Notes: generated by a model not told the origin, from the letters alone. Shown: positions 19,348 through 29,084, numbered from the stretch's first letter. The stretch is DNA of 64,000 bases from an uncultured virus (IMG/VR IMGVR_UViG_3300027672_001707) (IMGVR_UViG_3300027672_001707); one strand, 5' to 3'. Numbers and translations: made by a program.

Positions 19348-20079
19348 ATGGCTAGTTCGATTAATACAACAAATATAGACGGTACGTTTCCAGTCGCAGG
19401 ACAGGATAACAGTTCACAAGGATTTAGAGACAACTTTACTAACGTAAAGACTAACCTAGGTTATGCTAAAACTGAGATTGAAGACTTACAAACAAAAGTA
19501 GTTTTAAAATCCGCATTAACAGGTACATCACTTGATAATGATATGGGTGGAAACACTATATATAACGTTGAGTTAAACAGAGCAGTTAGAACTAAAAACG
19601 CAATTGGTACTGTAACAGGGACTTTTACTGTTAACTATCAAAGCGGTGGTTACCAAACACTTACAACTAGTGGTAGTGTAACACAAGGTTTTAGTAACTG
19701 GCCCGCAACAGGCAAATATGCCGAAGTAGATGTTATGATTAACATCTCAAGTGTTGCACATACTTTAACTTTACCAGCGACTGTATCACATGGAACAGAC
19801 GCTTTACAAGGATACGCCTCAAACGTAGTCACATTCAGTGCAACAGGTAATCACTTGTTACGTTTTTCTTCAGATGACAATGGTTCAACTATTACAGTTC
19901 AATTATTGAGTGGCCCACAGGTTGCAAAAGGTGTAGTTGCATTAACACCAGCAACAAATGTTGGCGTAGCAGGACATACTGCAGGCATGGTGGCATACGA
20001 TGCCAGTTACCTATATGTATGTATAGCAGACTACGACGGCAGTACTGCAATTTGGACAAGAACAGCATTATCTTGGTAA
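19348..20079 (+). CDS. virion structural or fibre protein
   Basis: late promoter; C-terminal YDASYLYVC...W domain shared with 15269. Confidence 0.75.
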   Translation: MASSINTTNIDGTFPVAGQDNSSQGFRDNFTNVKTNLGYAKTEIEDLQTKVVLKSALTGTSLDNDMGGNTIYNVELNRAVRTKNAIGTVTGTFTVNYQSGGYQTLTTSGSVTQGFSNWPATGKYAEVDVMINISSVAHTLTLPATVSHGTDALQGYASNVVTFSATGNHLLRFSSDDNGSTITVQLLSGPQVAKGVVALTPATNVGVAGHTAGMVAYDASYLYVCIADYDGSTAIWTRTALSW

Positions 20080-20097
20080 TTCTTTTTTAGAATTTAC

Positions 20098-20126
20098 TTG
20101 ACTTCACTCTACGTTTGTATTATAAT
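20098..20126 (+). promoter_or_regulatory. sigma70-type promoter, 17-bp class
   Basis: TTGACT-17-TATAAT; same class at 26311, 50282, 58753, 63107. Confidence 0.75.
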
Positions 20127-20154
20127 TAGAATATAATATACCAACGGAGTTTCA

Positions 20155-21141
20155 ATGAAAATCATCGCAGGAAATAGCAATCAGGAACTCGCTAACGCAG
20201 TTGCTGAACATTGCTTCACTAACATTGTTCCCTCTAAAATATCTAAATTCGCTGACGGCGAATGTAGTGTTGAGTTTTTAGAAAATCTCAGAGGAGAAGA
20301 CGTCTTTATTATCCAATCTACAAGTTCACCAGTTAATGATAACCTTATGGAATTAATGGTTATGATTGATGCCGCAAAACGTAGTAGTGCTAAACGTATT
20401 ACCGCAGTTATTCCTTACTTTGGCTATGCCAGACAAGACCGTAAGAGTGCTTCACGTACTCCTATCACGGCAAAACTAGTAGCAAACTTAATTACAGAAT
20501 CAGGTGCAGACAGAGTTCTTACAATGGACTTACACGCAGGACAGATACAAGGATTTTTTGATATTCCTGTAGATGACTTAACAAGTCGTATTGTATTTGC
20601 AAAAGATATCAAACGTAGACTTGGTATGTACGACAACACATTTATTGAAACTGTATTTGTTTCACCGGATGCTGGTGGTACAGTACGAGCTAGAAAATTT
20701 GCAGAAATGTTTAATGGTGATATTGCTATTGTAGACAAACGTAGACCCAAAGCAGGCGAAAGCGAAGTAATGGGACTAATAGGAGATGTAGAAGGCAAAC
20801 ACGCAATATTAGTAGATGACATTATTGATAGCGGTGGAACATTATGTAATGCCGCACAAGTAATTATGGATCAAGGAGCATTATCTGTTAGAGCATACAT
20901 AACACACGGTGTATTAACACATGACGCTTGTAAAAAAGTAGAAAACAGTTGTTTAGACAGTTTAGTAATTACAGATTCAATCGAGTGGCGTTGCCCCGAC
21001 GAGTGTAAGAAAACAATTCAATTATCAACGGGTGCTTTGTTCGGCGAAGCAATCAGAAGAATAACAAATGAAGAAAGTGTTTCTTCATTGTTCAATACCA
21101 CACTAAAAAACGGAGTAGTTAATGCAGGTAGACCTAAATAA
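20155..21141 (+). CDS. prs: ribose-phosphate pyrophosphokinase
   Basis: FADGE, PYFGYARQDRK, DLHAGQIQGFF, VDDIIDSGGT. Confidence 0.97.
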   Translation: MKIIAGNSNQELANAVAEHCFTNIVPSKISKFADGECSVEFLENLRGEDVFIIQSTSSPVNDNLMELMVMIDAAKRSSAKRITAVIPYFGYARQDRKSASRTPITAKLVANLITESGADRVLTMDLHAGQIQGFFDIPVDDLTSRIVFAKDIKRRLGMYDNTFIETVFVSPDAGGTVRARKFAEMFNGDIAIVDKRRPKAGESEVMGLIGDVEGKHAILVDDIIDSGGTLCNAAQVIMDQGALSVRAYITHGVLTHDACKKVENSCLDSLVITDSIEWRCPDECKKTIQLSTGALFGEAIRRITNEESVSSLFNTTLKNGVVNAGRPK

Positions 21142-21529
21142 ATATCAAGAATTCGTAGAGAAGGTAACTTCTTTACAAAGTAACGAAACTGGTGGACTAA
21201 CTTCACAGTTAGAGAAACTAGAAAAAGACAGTGGTGTTAACATGGCATTACTATTAACAGGCTCGATTGGAATGGCGAGCGAAGGAGGAGAGTTTGCAGA
21301 AATTGTTAAAAAATGTATATTTCAAGGTAAACCGTTGGATAATGAAACTATCTTTCATGCTAAACGAGAACTTGGTGATATTATTTGGTATTGGATTAAT
21401 AGTTGCAGGGCATTGGGTATTGACCCTAATGAAGTAGTTGCAGAAAATGTAAACAAACTTAAAGCACGTTATCCAGGCGGTGAATTCGATGTTCACTATT
21501 CAGAGAATAGGCAAGACGGCGATTTGTGA
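21122..21529 (+). CDS. MazG-like NTP pyrophosphohydrolase
   Basis: EGGEFAE...ELGDIIWY...NKLKARYP. Confidence 0.9.
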   Translation: MQVDLNKYQEFVEKVTSLQSNETGGLTSQLEKLEKDSGVNMALLLTGSIGMASEGGEFAEIVKKCIFQGKPLDNETIFHAKRELGDIIWYWINSCRALGIDPNEVVAENVNKLKARYPGGEFDVHYSENRQDGDL

Positions 21530-22008
21530 TTGAAGAAATTAAAACATGGATTTTAAATTTTGTTTCTGTGCATAACGAAACAATAGGCACAGTGCCTTGC
21601 CCATTTGCTAAACAGGCTATGGCAGTAGATAAAATCCAGTATACTAAAGTAGATGCGGTTACGACTGCTTCTACATTAATTGACTTAATAGAATGGGACG
21701 ACAAGTACGAAGTTGTTGTATTGTATGCAGACACAAACACATTCACACCAAGCGAATTATCTTTATTAGTAAAGCAGTTTAATTTAATTGCTATGAAGAA
21801 AGATGTTGTAGCACTAGAAGATCACCCGTTAGATGAAGAAATTGTTAACGGAGTACACATGAACTTCGGTAAAGCGATATTAATACTAGTACAAAGATTA
21901 AGCAAATTAAATAATGCAAGTAAACACCTTGATAAACAAGGATATTACGATAACTGGTCAAAAGAGAACTATGATGATGTGGTCTCTTGGAGAACGGAAA
22001 AACCATAA
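21526..22008 (+). CDS. DUF1415-like protein
   Basis: W..NFV...CPFA...DHP pattern. Confidence 0.6.
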   Translation: MIEEIKTWILNFVSVHNETIGTVPCPFAKQAMAVDKIQYTKVDAVTTASTLIDLIEWDDKYEVVVLYADTNTFTPSELSLLVKQFNLIAMKKDVVALEDHPLDEEIVNGVHMNFGKAILILVQRLSKLNNASKHLDKQGYYDNWSKENYDDVVSWRTEKP

Positions 22009-22037
22009 ATACTACTTAATAATCAGGAGTAGTAACT

Positions 22038-22460
22038 ATGTCAGTATATGCCCGTGTTGATTTATCCAAGTGTAATTATAGTCCAATGGACAACTACAAA
22101 ATTCTCAAATCAGTTAATATACCAGAATTAAACGAAATCTACAAAAAGTACTGTAGGTACAAGAAGTTTAAAAGTGTTATGCCTATCTTCGAAAGTGATT
22201 ATACTAACAATGATGTTATAGGCTATTATGATAACGACAAGTTAGTAGCATTTAGTATTATTATCAGACAAGATAAAGAAAATGTAGAAGCACTACAGTT
22301 TGCTTGGGATTATAAAAATCCTAAACTATTTTTAGGCTTAAAGAGTTTAAGAAGTGAATGTGCAATATACAGAGATTTAGGTTTTAAGTATATGTACCTA
22401 GGTGAAGCACATTCGTATAAGAAACAAATAGAAGGATTTGAGGTATTAGGACCTTTATAA
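22038..22460 (+). CDS. GNAT-fold protein resembling the ATE1/Bpt aminoacyl-tRNA-protein transferase C-domain
   Basis: YYDNDKLVAFS...AWDY...LGLKSLRSEC...GFKYMYLG...YK..I.GFE. Confidence 0.65.
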   Translation: MSVYARVDLSKCNYSPMDNYKILKSVNIPELNEIYKKYCRYKKFKSVMPIFESDYTNNDVIGYYDNDKLVAFSIIIRQDKENVEALQFAWDYKNPKLFLGLKSLRSECAIYRDLGFKYMYLGEAHSYKKQIEGFEVLGPL

Positions 22461-22461
22461 A

Positions 22462-23700
22462 ATGACATATAGAATTAACGAAGCAAATGCATACAATGGA
22501 TGGGATCCATTAAAACAAGTAGTACTTGGTAACGTGTATAAGCCAGAGTTTTTTGAAGACATTAAAGATCACAAGTTAAGAGATTTACTGCAAAAACTAT
22601 TATACGAAACACATGAAGATTTAGACAATATCCAAAAGACGTTAGAAGACCTTGGAGTTGACGTTGTTCGTTTACACCCTAATTTAACACAAGCCGCAAC
22701 ATTGGCAGACACTAGCACACATGGTGTTGGGTATGACAATATTATGGAATACTACGAAGATACGAAGTCTGCATTTAACGGAATTCCTAAACCTGCATTA
22801 ATGCCTAGAGATTATCTTATAACAATGGGTAAAAAGATATTGTTAACACAACAGTATCCAGAGTTTCATAAGTTTATGACAACAAGTGGGCAAAACTTTA
22901 TTAATCCAGATTGCTTAGATTTGAGATTAACAGTTGATCCAAAGAAAAGAAAATTTAGAGGACCATTAATACCTAGAAAGTCTTATGTTGAATACGATAC
23001 AACATATAAAGCAGAATGGTTTGATCCAAGTATACCAGAAGGTACATTTACTAATGATCCTGAATACATTAAAGCAATGAGTTATACTTGGGGGTTCTGG
23101 GCACCAACAGTAACACGAGTAGGCGACACTTTAATTATCGACACAAAAGATGTTGAAAATTTAGATGACGCTATGGTGGAATTGTATCCAGAGTTTAAAC
23201 GTACTAATACTGCCAATGGCGGACATAGTGATGCAACGTTTAATTTACCAAAGCCTGGTCTTGTTATTGCCGCTTCGTATTTAAACAAAGATGATTTTAA
23301 AGAAACATTACCGGGTTGGGAAGTTTTACAAATTGGTACAGGTAAAGAGAAAACTATGGATTCAGAGTATGGCAGTTGGCAACAACAAAAGCACATAACT
23401 GATGGAAAATGGTGGACGCCCGATGCTAAAGATAATCCAGGATATACAAGTTTTATTGAACAATGGTTAAGTACTTGGACTGGATATTCAGAAGAAACAC
23501 AATTTGAAGTTAATATGTTAAGTGTTAATCAAAACACTATATTATCAATGAATTATCAAAAACAAGTACATGACAAGTTAAAACAACACAATATAGAACC
23601 AATCTACTGTCGTTTTAGACACAGAAACTTCTGGGACGGCGGTTTACACTGCTTAACACTAGATACAGTCAGAGAAGGTGGAATACAACGTTACTTTTAA
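22462..23700 (+). CDS. amidinotransferase-family (pentein) enzyme
   Basis: WDPLKQVVLG, PRD, HSD, GGLHCLTLD (catalytic Cys). Confidence 0.85.
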   Translation: MTYRINEANAYNGWDPLKQVVLGNVYKPEFFEDIKDHKLRDLLQKLLYETHEDLDNIQKTLEDLGVDVVRLHPNLTQAATLADTSTHGVGYDNIMEYYEDTKSAFNGIPKPALMPRDYLITMGKKILLTQQYPEFHKFMTTSGQNFINPDCLDLRLTVDPKKRKFRGPLIPRKSYVEYDTTYKAEWFDPSIPEGTFTNDPEYIKAMSYTWGFWAPTVTRVGDTLIIDTKDVENLDDAMVELYPEFKRTNTANGGHSDATFNLPKPGLVIAASYLNKDDFKETLPGWEVLQIGTGKEKTMDSEYGSWQQQKHITDGKWWTPDAKDNPGYTSFIEQWLSTWTGYSEETQFEVNMLSVNQNTILSMNYQKQVHDKLKQHNIEPIYCRFRHRNFWDGGLHCLTLDTVREGGIQRYF

Positions 23701-23717
23701 AAGGAGTAAATACTATT

Positions 23718-24179
23718 ATGCAAGATGTTAGTTTATCAATGGGAAGTGACCACAGAGGTGTAAAACTTAAAAACTTCATATATCAATATGTAGCACCAAA
23801 CAAAGAAGAAGAAGTTACATTATTCAACATTAGTGTATTAGCAGATGTTGGAGCATATGATGACAAGTCTGTAGATTATCCCGATATAGTACATGAAGTT
23901 GCAAATAACTTAGAATACCAATCCCATGGAATCATAATTTGTGGTTCAGGATTTGGTGTAACTATTGCCGCAAACAGATATCCGCACATTAGAGCGGCTA
24001 ACTGTAGAAATATTAGAGAAGTCCAAATGGCTCGTGAGCACAATGATATAAATGTATTGTGTTTAGGTTCAGATTTTGTTAAAATTACAGATGTTAAAGA
24101 CATGATTAAAGCATTCTTTACAACAAAATTTGAAGGCGGTAGACACGAAAAAAGAATAGGAAAACTACGAAATGTTTGA
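23718..24179 (+). CDS. rpiB: ribose-5-phosphate isomerase B
   Basis: GSDHRG, DYPD, CGSGFG, AREHNDINVLCLG, FEGGRHEKR. Confidence 0.95.
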   Translation: MQDVSLSMGSDHRGVKLKNFIYQYVAPNKEEEVTLFNISVLADVGAYDDKSVDYPDIVHEVANNLEYQSHGIIICGSGFGVTIAANRYPHIRAANCRNIREVQMAREHNDINVLCLGSDFVKITDVKDMIKAFFTTKFEGGRHEKRIGKLRNV

Positions 24180-24414
24180 TCCTAGAGGTGATGACCTATC
24201 TAAATTAAAAGAAGACGATTTAGTTGAACGTGTGAGTCAACTGCACAGTCGTATGAAGTTCTTTATGAGTATTGGCAATACACAAGCAATATTGCAGTTA
24301 AACGTTATGTTGGCTGAAGCAAATGAAGAACAATCTAGGCGTTGGAACAGACAGACCCAATTACAAGCCGAAAAACAAGAAGCAAAAGATAAACAAAATA
24401 TACTTGACAAGTAG
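24172..24414 (+). CDS. hypothetical protein
   Basis: overlapping ORF. Confidence 0.65.
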   Translation: MFDPRGDDLSKLKEDDLVERVSQLHSRMKFFMSIGNTQAILQLNVMLAEANEEQSRRWNRQTQLQAEKQEAKDKQNILDK

Positions 24415-24444
24415 TACCTAAATACTGTATAATACTAGTATTAC

Positions 24445-24969
24445 ATGGAAAGAAGTATGCACACAGACGAATACGGTATTGTTTACCATAACGAATTAGA
24501 GTTATTTGAAGCATTATATAAGAATCCTAAACTAGACATTGGCAAGTTCAATGTAACTGATCCGGATACTTATAATAATAGTGCGGATAAACTTTATAGT
24601 GAAGGTCCGCGATTACATAGCATTGAACCTCCTAAGATATCTATAGAAGATTTTGATAAAGAGAATCAAAGCATTTGGAATATGCCAAAAGAATATGCAG
24701 AGTTCGATATATGTGAATGGTTATTAGTACAGTGTGATAATGATGCTGAACTACAAAGAGTTGGTACAGAACTACTAATGTTTCAAGAACGTAATTTACT
24801 AAACTTATTAAGATTTTTAAAGTATTTTGTTGAAACTATGAGAAAAAACAATACAGTAATGGGATTAGGACGTGGTTCCAGTGTATCAAGTTTTGTTTTA
24901 TACAAACTAGGCGTCCACAAAGTTAATAGTATGTACTATGATTTAGACGTAGGTGAGTTCCTTAGATAA
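24445..24969 (+). CDS. DNA polymerase III alpha (DnaE)-like fragment
   Basis: RVGTELLMF...GLGRGSSVSSFVLYKLGVHKVN...EFLR; ends before the catalytic PDID motif. Confidence 0.8.
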   Translation: MERSMHTDEYGIVYHNELELFEALYKNPKLDIGKFNVTDPDTYNNSADKLYSEGPRLHSIEPPKISIEDFDKENQSIWNMPKEYAEFDICEWLLVQCDNDAELQRVGTELLMFQERNLLNLLRFLKYFVETMRKNNTVMGLGRGSSVSSFVLYKLGVHKVNSMYYDLDVGEFLR

Positions 24970-25000
24970 ATAATAGTAGTATATAATTGGAGATAAAAAT

Positions 25001-25528
25001 ATGGCAAAGTCATACAGAACTGCAAATGGCAAAATGGTTGATATCGAAACATTAGGTTTAAAAAATGAAACGATTATCGCAGTTGGCAATATGCGTGTAA
25101 ATGCACGTGGCGACCAATTAGGCCCAGGCGGAAAAATTCTTAAAACTAGAGATGACGTTATGAAAGAACATTATGACGTTAAAGGATCTGTTATACCAGA
25201 AGATACAGGTATGCCTAGAGATCCTAACATTGAGGGCGAAAATATTGCTCCTGTTTCTCAACAGCCGCAAGAAGAAATTCCACCAGCACCAACACCAGAA
25301 GCAAACAAAATAATCGAAGATGATCCGACAGGACCATTAGATGAACCAGCGTCTGAAGACGATTGGGTAGAAGACGAAGATGGTAACTTTGTAAGACCTG
25401 AAGATGTTGAAAAGACGTCTACTAAAGGTATTGCAGATGCACTTGCTTCGACTAAATCAGTGAGTGTTCCGATGGAGCAAACTCCGAAACAAAAAGCAAG
25501 ATCCAAAAAAGGGATTAAAAGAATATAA
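25001..25528 (+). CDS. late hypothetical protein
   Basis: late promoter 24966; AVGNMRVNARGDQLGPGG. Confidence 0.75.
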   Translation: MAKSYRTANGKMVDIETLGLKNETIIAVGNMRVNARGDQLGPGGKILKTRDDVMKEHYDVKGSVIPEDTGMPRDPNIEGENIAPVSQQPQEEIPPAPTPEANKIIEDDPTGPLDEPASEDDWVEDEDGNFVRPEDVEKTSTKGIADALASTKSVSVPMEQTPKQKARSKKGIKRI

Positions 25529-25529
25529 T

Positions 25530-25961
25530 ATGCAAGTAAATCACGCACCATCATACCAAGGCGTATATAAGATAGAGTCCGTAAGGGCATTACATGAAAA
25601 CGTACTAGTTAAAGATATGAACTTCGAAGAACGCAAAACACAAGGCGGTATTATCCTACGAAGTGATGACGGAAAATCAGAAGGCGTTCGACCACGTTGG
25701 GCTGAAATTTATGCAGTAGGTCCTAAAAACAAAGACAACTTAAAGCCTGGTCAATGGGTATATGTTGAACATGGTAGATGGACACGTGGCGTAATGGTCG
25801 AATTACCCAACGGCGAGCAATTTAAAATTCGTAGAGTAGATCCAGACGCACTACTGCTAGTATCAGATACAGATCAAAGTGATCATTCAAGTCATACTGA
25901 TAGTATGCCTGCTAAACGACCTGGTAAAGTTTCAGATGCATTAAAGGCTTTTGATAAATAA
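25530..25961 (+). CDS. GroES/gp31-like co-chaperonin
   Basis: ALHENVLV...ERKTQGGIIL...AVGP...LKPGQWV. Confidence 0.85.
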   Translation: MQVNHAPSYQGVYKIESVRALHENVLVKDMNFEERKTQGGIILRSDDGKSEGVRPRWAEIYAVGPKNKDNLKPGQWVYVEHGRWTRGVMVELPNGEQFKIRRVDPDALLLVSDTDQSDHSSHTDSMPAKRPGKVSDALKAFDK

Positions 25962-26035
25962 CACTGTACAATTTAGTACAATAAACTATACGCCTCGAGG
26001 TAGAAATACTAGAAGGATCTTAGGAGAATAATATC

Positions 26036-26290
26036 ATGGCAATAAGACATATAGCAGACTTAGTAACTAACAACGCAAACACATACGACAACACGGTACA
26101 GTTCATGTCAGAACACGGACCTTGTGGTAGTACTAACCCAGGTTGTACTTCAATTAACTTTGAAATGCAAGGTAATACTGGTGTTCGTAGAACAATCATA
26201 TTTGAAGATGAAGCTCAATTTCAGGCTTTCTTCCCAAATACTACCGACAAAGCGTTTACAGTAACTAAAATCGAAAAAGTAACTATATAA
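26036..26290 (+). CDS. hypothetical protein
   Basis: AGGAG RBS; late promoter 25954. Confidence 0.65.
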   Translation: MAIRHIADLVTNNANTYDNTVQFMSEHGPCGSTNPGCTSINFEMQGNTGVRRTIIFEDEAQFQAFFPNTTDKAFTVTKIEKVTI

Positions 26291-26372
26291 TAAAGATTTT
26301 TAAATAGTTCTTGACTTCATCACAAATATAGCATATACTGTAATTCAACTACTTAAATGAGACAGGCGTGAA

Positions 26373-27290
26373 ATGAAAGAATTATGGACAGAAAAATATA
26401 GACCCTCGACTGTAGGGAATTATGTGTTTCGTGACGAAGCACAAAAGAAACAAGTTGAATCTTGGGTTTTGTCTGGCGCCATACCGCACTTACTTTTTAG
26501 TGGTGCACCTGGTGTCGGCAAAACTACTTTAGCAAAAATCCTTATTAAGGCACTAAACATCGACGAGTATGATGTTTTAGAAATTAATGCTAGTAGGGAA
26601 AACTCAGTAGACACAATCCGTGACAAAATAACTGGCTTTGTACAAACAATGCCTTTTGGAGAGTTTAAGGTTGTACTACTAGACGAGGCGGACTATATTA
26701 GTCCAAATGGTCAAGCGGCATTACGTGGTGTTATGGAAACATATGCCAGTACTGCTAGATTTATTTTAACGTGTAACTATCCTAATAGAGTTATACCTGC
26801 ATTACATTCAAGGTGTCAAGGCTTTCATATAGATAAGATTGATTCAACTGAATTTACTGCACGTTTGGCAAAGGTTATGATTGACGAGAACGTAAAGTTT
26901 GAGTTAGATGTACTAGATAGTTACGTTAAGGCGACATATCCAGACTTGCGTAAGAGTTTAAACTTATGTCAGATGAATACTGTCGATGGTGAGCTACAAA
27001 GCCCAAAACAAAGTGAGAATACTACTGCTGATTATAAACTTGCAATGGTAGATATGTTTAAAGCGGGTAAGATCCGCGAAGCAAGGAAACTATTAACAAG
27101 CCAAGTAAGAGCAGACGAAATGGAAGACTTATTCCGTTGGATGTATGACAACTTAGAACTTTGGAGTGACACCGAAGAAGGACAAGACAAGGCAATCTTA
27201 ACTATACGAACTGGACTAGTTAATCACAGTTTAGTAAGTGACCCCGAGATCAATCTTTCAGCAACATTGGTTGAGTTATCTCAGATTTAA
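26373..27290 (+). CDS. clamp-loader AAA+ subunit (RFC small/gp44-like)
   Basis: WTEKYRP, GAPGVGKT, LLDEAD, SRC. Confidence 0.95.
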   Translation: MKELWTEKYRPSTVGNYVFRDEAQKKQVESWVLSGAIPHLLFSGAPGVGKTTLAKILIKALNIDEYDVLEINASRENSVDTIRDKITGFVQTMPFGEFKVVLLDEADYISPNGQAALRGVMETYASTARFILTCNYPNRVIPALHSRCQGFHIDKIDSTEFTARLAKVMIDENVKFELDVLDSYVKATYPDLRKSLNLCQMNTVDGELQSPKQSENTTADYKLAMVDMFKAGKIREARKLLTSQVRADEMEDLFRWMYDNLELWSDTEEGQDKAILTIRTGLVNHSLVSDPEINLSATLVELSQI

Positions 27291-27312
27291 TCTAAGACAA
27301 CCTATATAGAAT

Positions 27313-27379
27313 TTACAATTACAGGCACCGAAGGGTGTCTGTACTTGTGATGTTACTGTGACTCTACATAAGAGTTGCA
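27313..27379 (+). promoter_or_regulatory. two-hairpin 5' leader of the porin gene
   Basis: TTACAATTACAGGCACC-GAAG-GGTGTCTGTACTTGTGA and TGTGACTCT-ACATA-AGAGTTGCA. Confidence 0.6.
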
Positions 27380-27404
27380 ATTATTCATAATTAAAGGAAA
27401 CAAT

Positions 27405-28010
27405 ATGAAAAAAATGATGACAGTAGTAACGGCACTAACACTGATGGCAACATCAGCATTTGCTGAAAACTACGATAATGGTACTATGAAACTTACAGCA
27501 GTTTCAGAAGACTATTCAATCTCAGTAAAGACTCCTGAGACAGGTGCTAATCAATTTGCCTTTGGTACAACAGTTGGCCCTGTAGATGCTAGTGTAACAT
27601 ACTTCCAAAACGGTAGTGTAACAGACTGGCAATTAAAAGCAAGTAAGCAATTAAACTTCCCAATCGGTGGTGGCGTTGATATTGCTCCGTTGTTAGATAC
27701 ATATGTCGGTGCAGGCTTGGCTTACAAATGGGGTGATAGTTTAACACAAGAAACAATCACTGCTTCACCTTATGTAGGTGTAACAAAAACGTTTGGTAGA
27801 ATTTCTCCATTCGCAGAAGCAGGCTTTGATTGGAAAGCAGACTCTAATGATGCATTAGACTTTGATCGTAATGACTCTTATTTAGAATATGGTGCCTCAT
27901 TTGCAATGACTGATACTATGTCAGTAAAGGCATCTATTGTTGAAGACCGTTCTAAGAGCTTTGACCTTGAAGACAAGGAATTAGCAGTAGGACTTACAAT
28001 TAGTTTCTAA
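27405..28010 (+). CDS. outer-membrane beta-barrel (porin-like) protein
   Basis: signal peptide ending AFA; amphipathic strands; C-terminal Phe (VGLTISF). Confidence 0.8.
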   Translation: MKKMMTVVTALTLMATSAFAENYDNGTMKLTAVSEDYSISVKTPETGANQFAFGTTVGPVDASVTYFQNGSVTDWQLKASKQLNFPIGGGVDIAPLLDTYVGAGLAYKWGDSLTQETITASPYVGVTKTFGRISPFAEAGFDWKADSNDALDFDRNDSYLEYGASFAMTDTMSVKASIVEDRSKSFDLEDKELAVGLTISF

Positions 28011-28023
28011 CTATAATACAGCC

Positions 28024-28065
28024 AAAAAGAAACCCAGTATACAATTAAGTGTACTGGGTTTTTTT
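28024..28065. terminator. bidirectional rho-independent terminator
   Basis: AAACCCAGTATAC/GTGTACTGGGTTT flanked by A and T runs, between convergent genes. Confidence 0.88.
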
Positions 28066-28073
28066 ATGAGTTA

Positions 28074-28595
28074 TTAATCTTGTGTTTTGCGTTTCTTATC
28101 TTCGTTTGCTTTTAACTTGCGTTCTAGTTCTTTAATTCTTTTATCTTTAACTTCTTCATCAGCAATATCTTGTTTTTTTCTTAACTCGTCTGATTTCCAT
28201 ACTTGACTACACTTGTGTTTAAGTTCTTTAAAGTCGGGTCCTAGTTCAAGTCCTTTGTATCTACCACACATTTTCAACAATTCTAATTGCTGTCTTATTG
28301 CGGCATTTTCTGTTACAATACCTCTGTATCGTTTTGTACAAGTACTTTGTAAAGGTATGCTTAATCTTAATCCAATAGTGCCTCTGTTATCGTCGTATCC
28401 ACTATTAGATGTACCTGTACCATTATTGTCTGTCTTAGAATATTCTATGTAAGGTTCTAATCTAGCACCACTACAATGTTGATCAGAGTTTAAGTAATCG
28501 TTTCTTGCATGAGCAGGGCTAACAAAAAATGCAAATAAAGCCAAAGCCGCCAGTAGTAAAAATGTAAATCGTAAGTCCATCCTTGCACCCTCCAT
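28074..28595 (-). CDS. secreted or membrane-anchored hypothetical protein
   Basis: signal peptide ending AHA; coupled to upstream ORF. Confidence 0.7.
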   Translation of the reverse strand: MEGARMDLRFTFLLLAALALFAFFVSPAHARNDYLNSDQHCSGARLEPYIEYSKTDNNGTGTSNSGYDDNRGTIGLRLSIPLQSTCTKRYRGIVTENAAIRQQLELLKMCGRYKGLELGPDFKELKHKCSQVWKSDELRKKQDIADEEVKDKRIKELERKLKANEDKKRKTQD

Positions 28596-29014
28596 TAGTA
28601 ACCACCTGTCAGTTCACGTTTTAAATCTTTAATATCATACGTGAGTTGATTAAGTGAATCACTTAATTTGTAATAACTATCTTCTAATGCTCTTAGCTCT
28701 GCCTGACTAGCCATTTTGTATGATCCATCTCTAAGGGCTTCTGTTTTAACTCTAATTTCAGTAATTCGTGAGAATGCATCTGTCATTTGTATAACAAGTT
28801 CTTCACGTGCTTCGTTGTATTTTTGTGTTAGATTTTTTATCTCTATACCGTACTTCTCGTCAACAGATGCAATCTTTTGAGTATGTTCACTTAGAAGTAT
28901 AGTATGTGCGGCAATAGTGTTGTTTAATGTGGATACAACATTTATACCTGTGTAAAGAGAACCTATTAATGCAAGGGCAATAGGGAGCCATGTAAATACT
29001 TTTTTCAATTCCAT
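28595..29014 (-). CDS. membrane-anchored coiled-coil protein
   Basis: GAGG RBS; minus-strand TAAATA near 29046-29051. Confidence 0.7.
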   Translation of the reverse strand: MELKKVFTWLPIALALIGSLYTGINVVSTLNNTIAAHTILLSEHTQKIASVDEKYGIEIKNLTQKYNEAREELVIQMTDAFSRITEIRVKTEALRDGSYKMASQAELRALEDSYYKLSDSLNQLTYDIKDLKRELTGGY

Positions 29015-29084
29015 CGGTTTTCCTCGTTATGAATGCCCTTCAGTGTATTTACCTAAAAACAGCAAAAAACCCTGTCTTTTTAGG

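Noticed and set aside
20155..21141. Prs as the Adps enzyme of an NAD-reconstitution pathway
   Set aside because: It looks like a canonical class I Prs, and no Namat or Nampt partner is in the window.
25961..26030. Possible riboswitch upstream of ORF 26036
   Set aside because: Only short stems (TGTAC/GTACA, GGTA-GAAA-TACT); no aptamer I can recognise. An Rfam scan would settle it.
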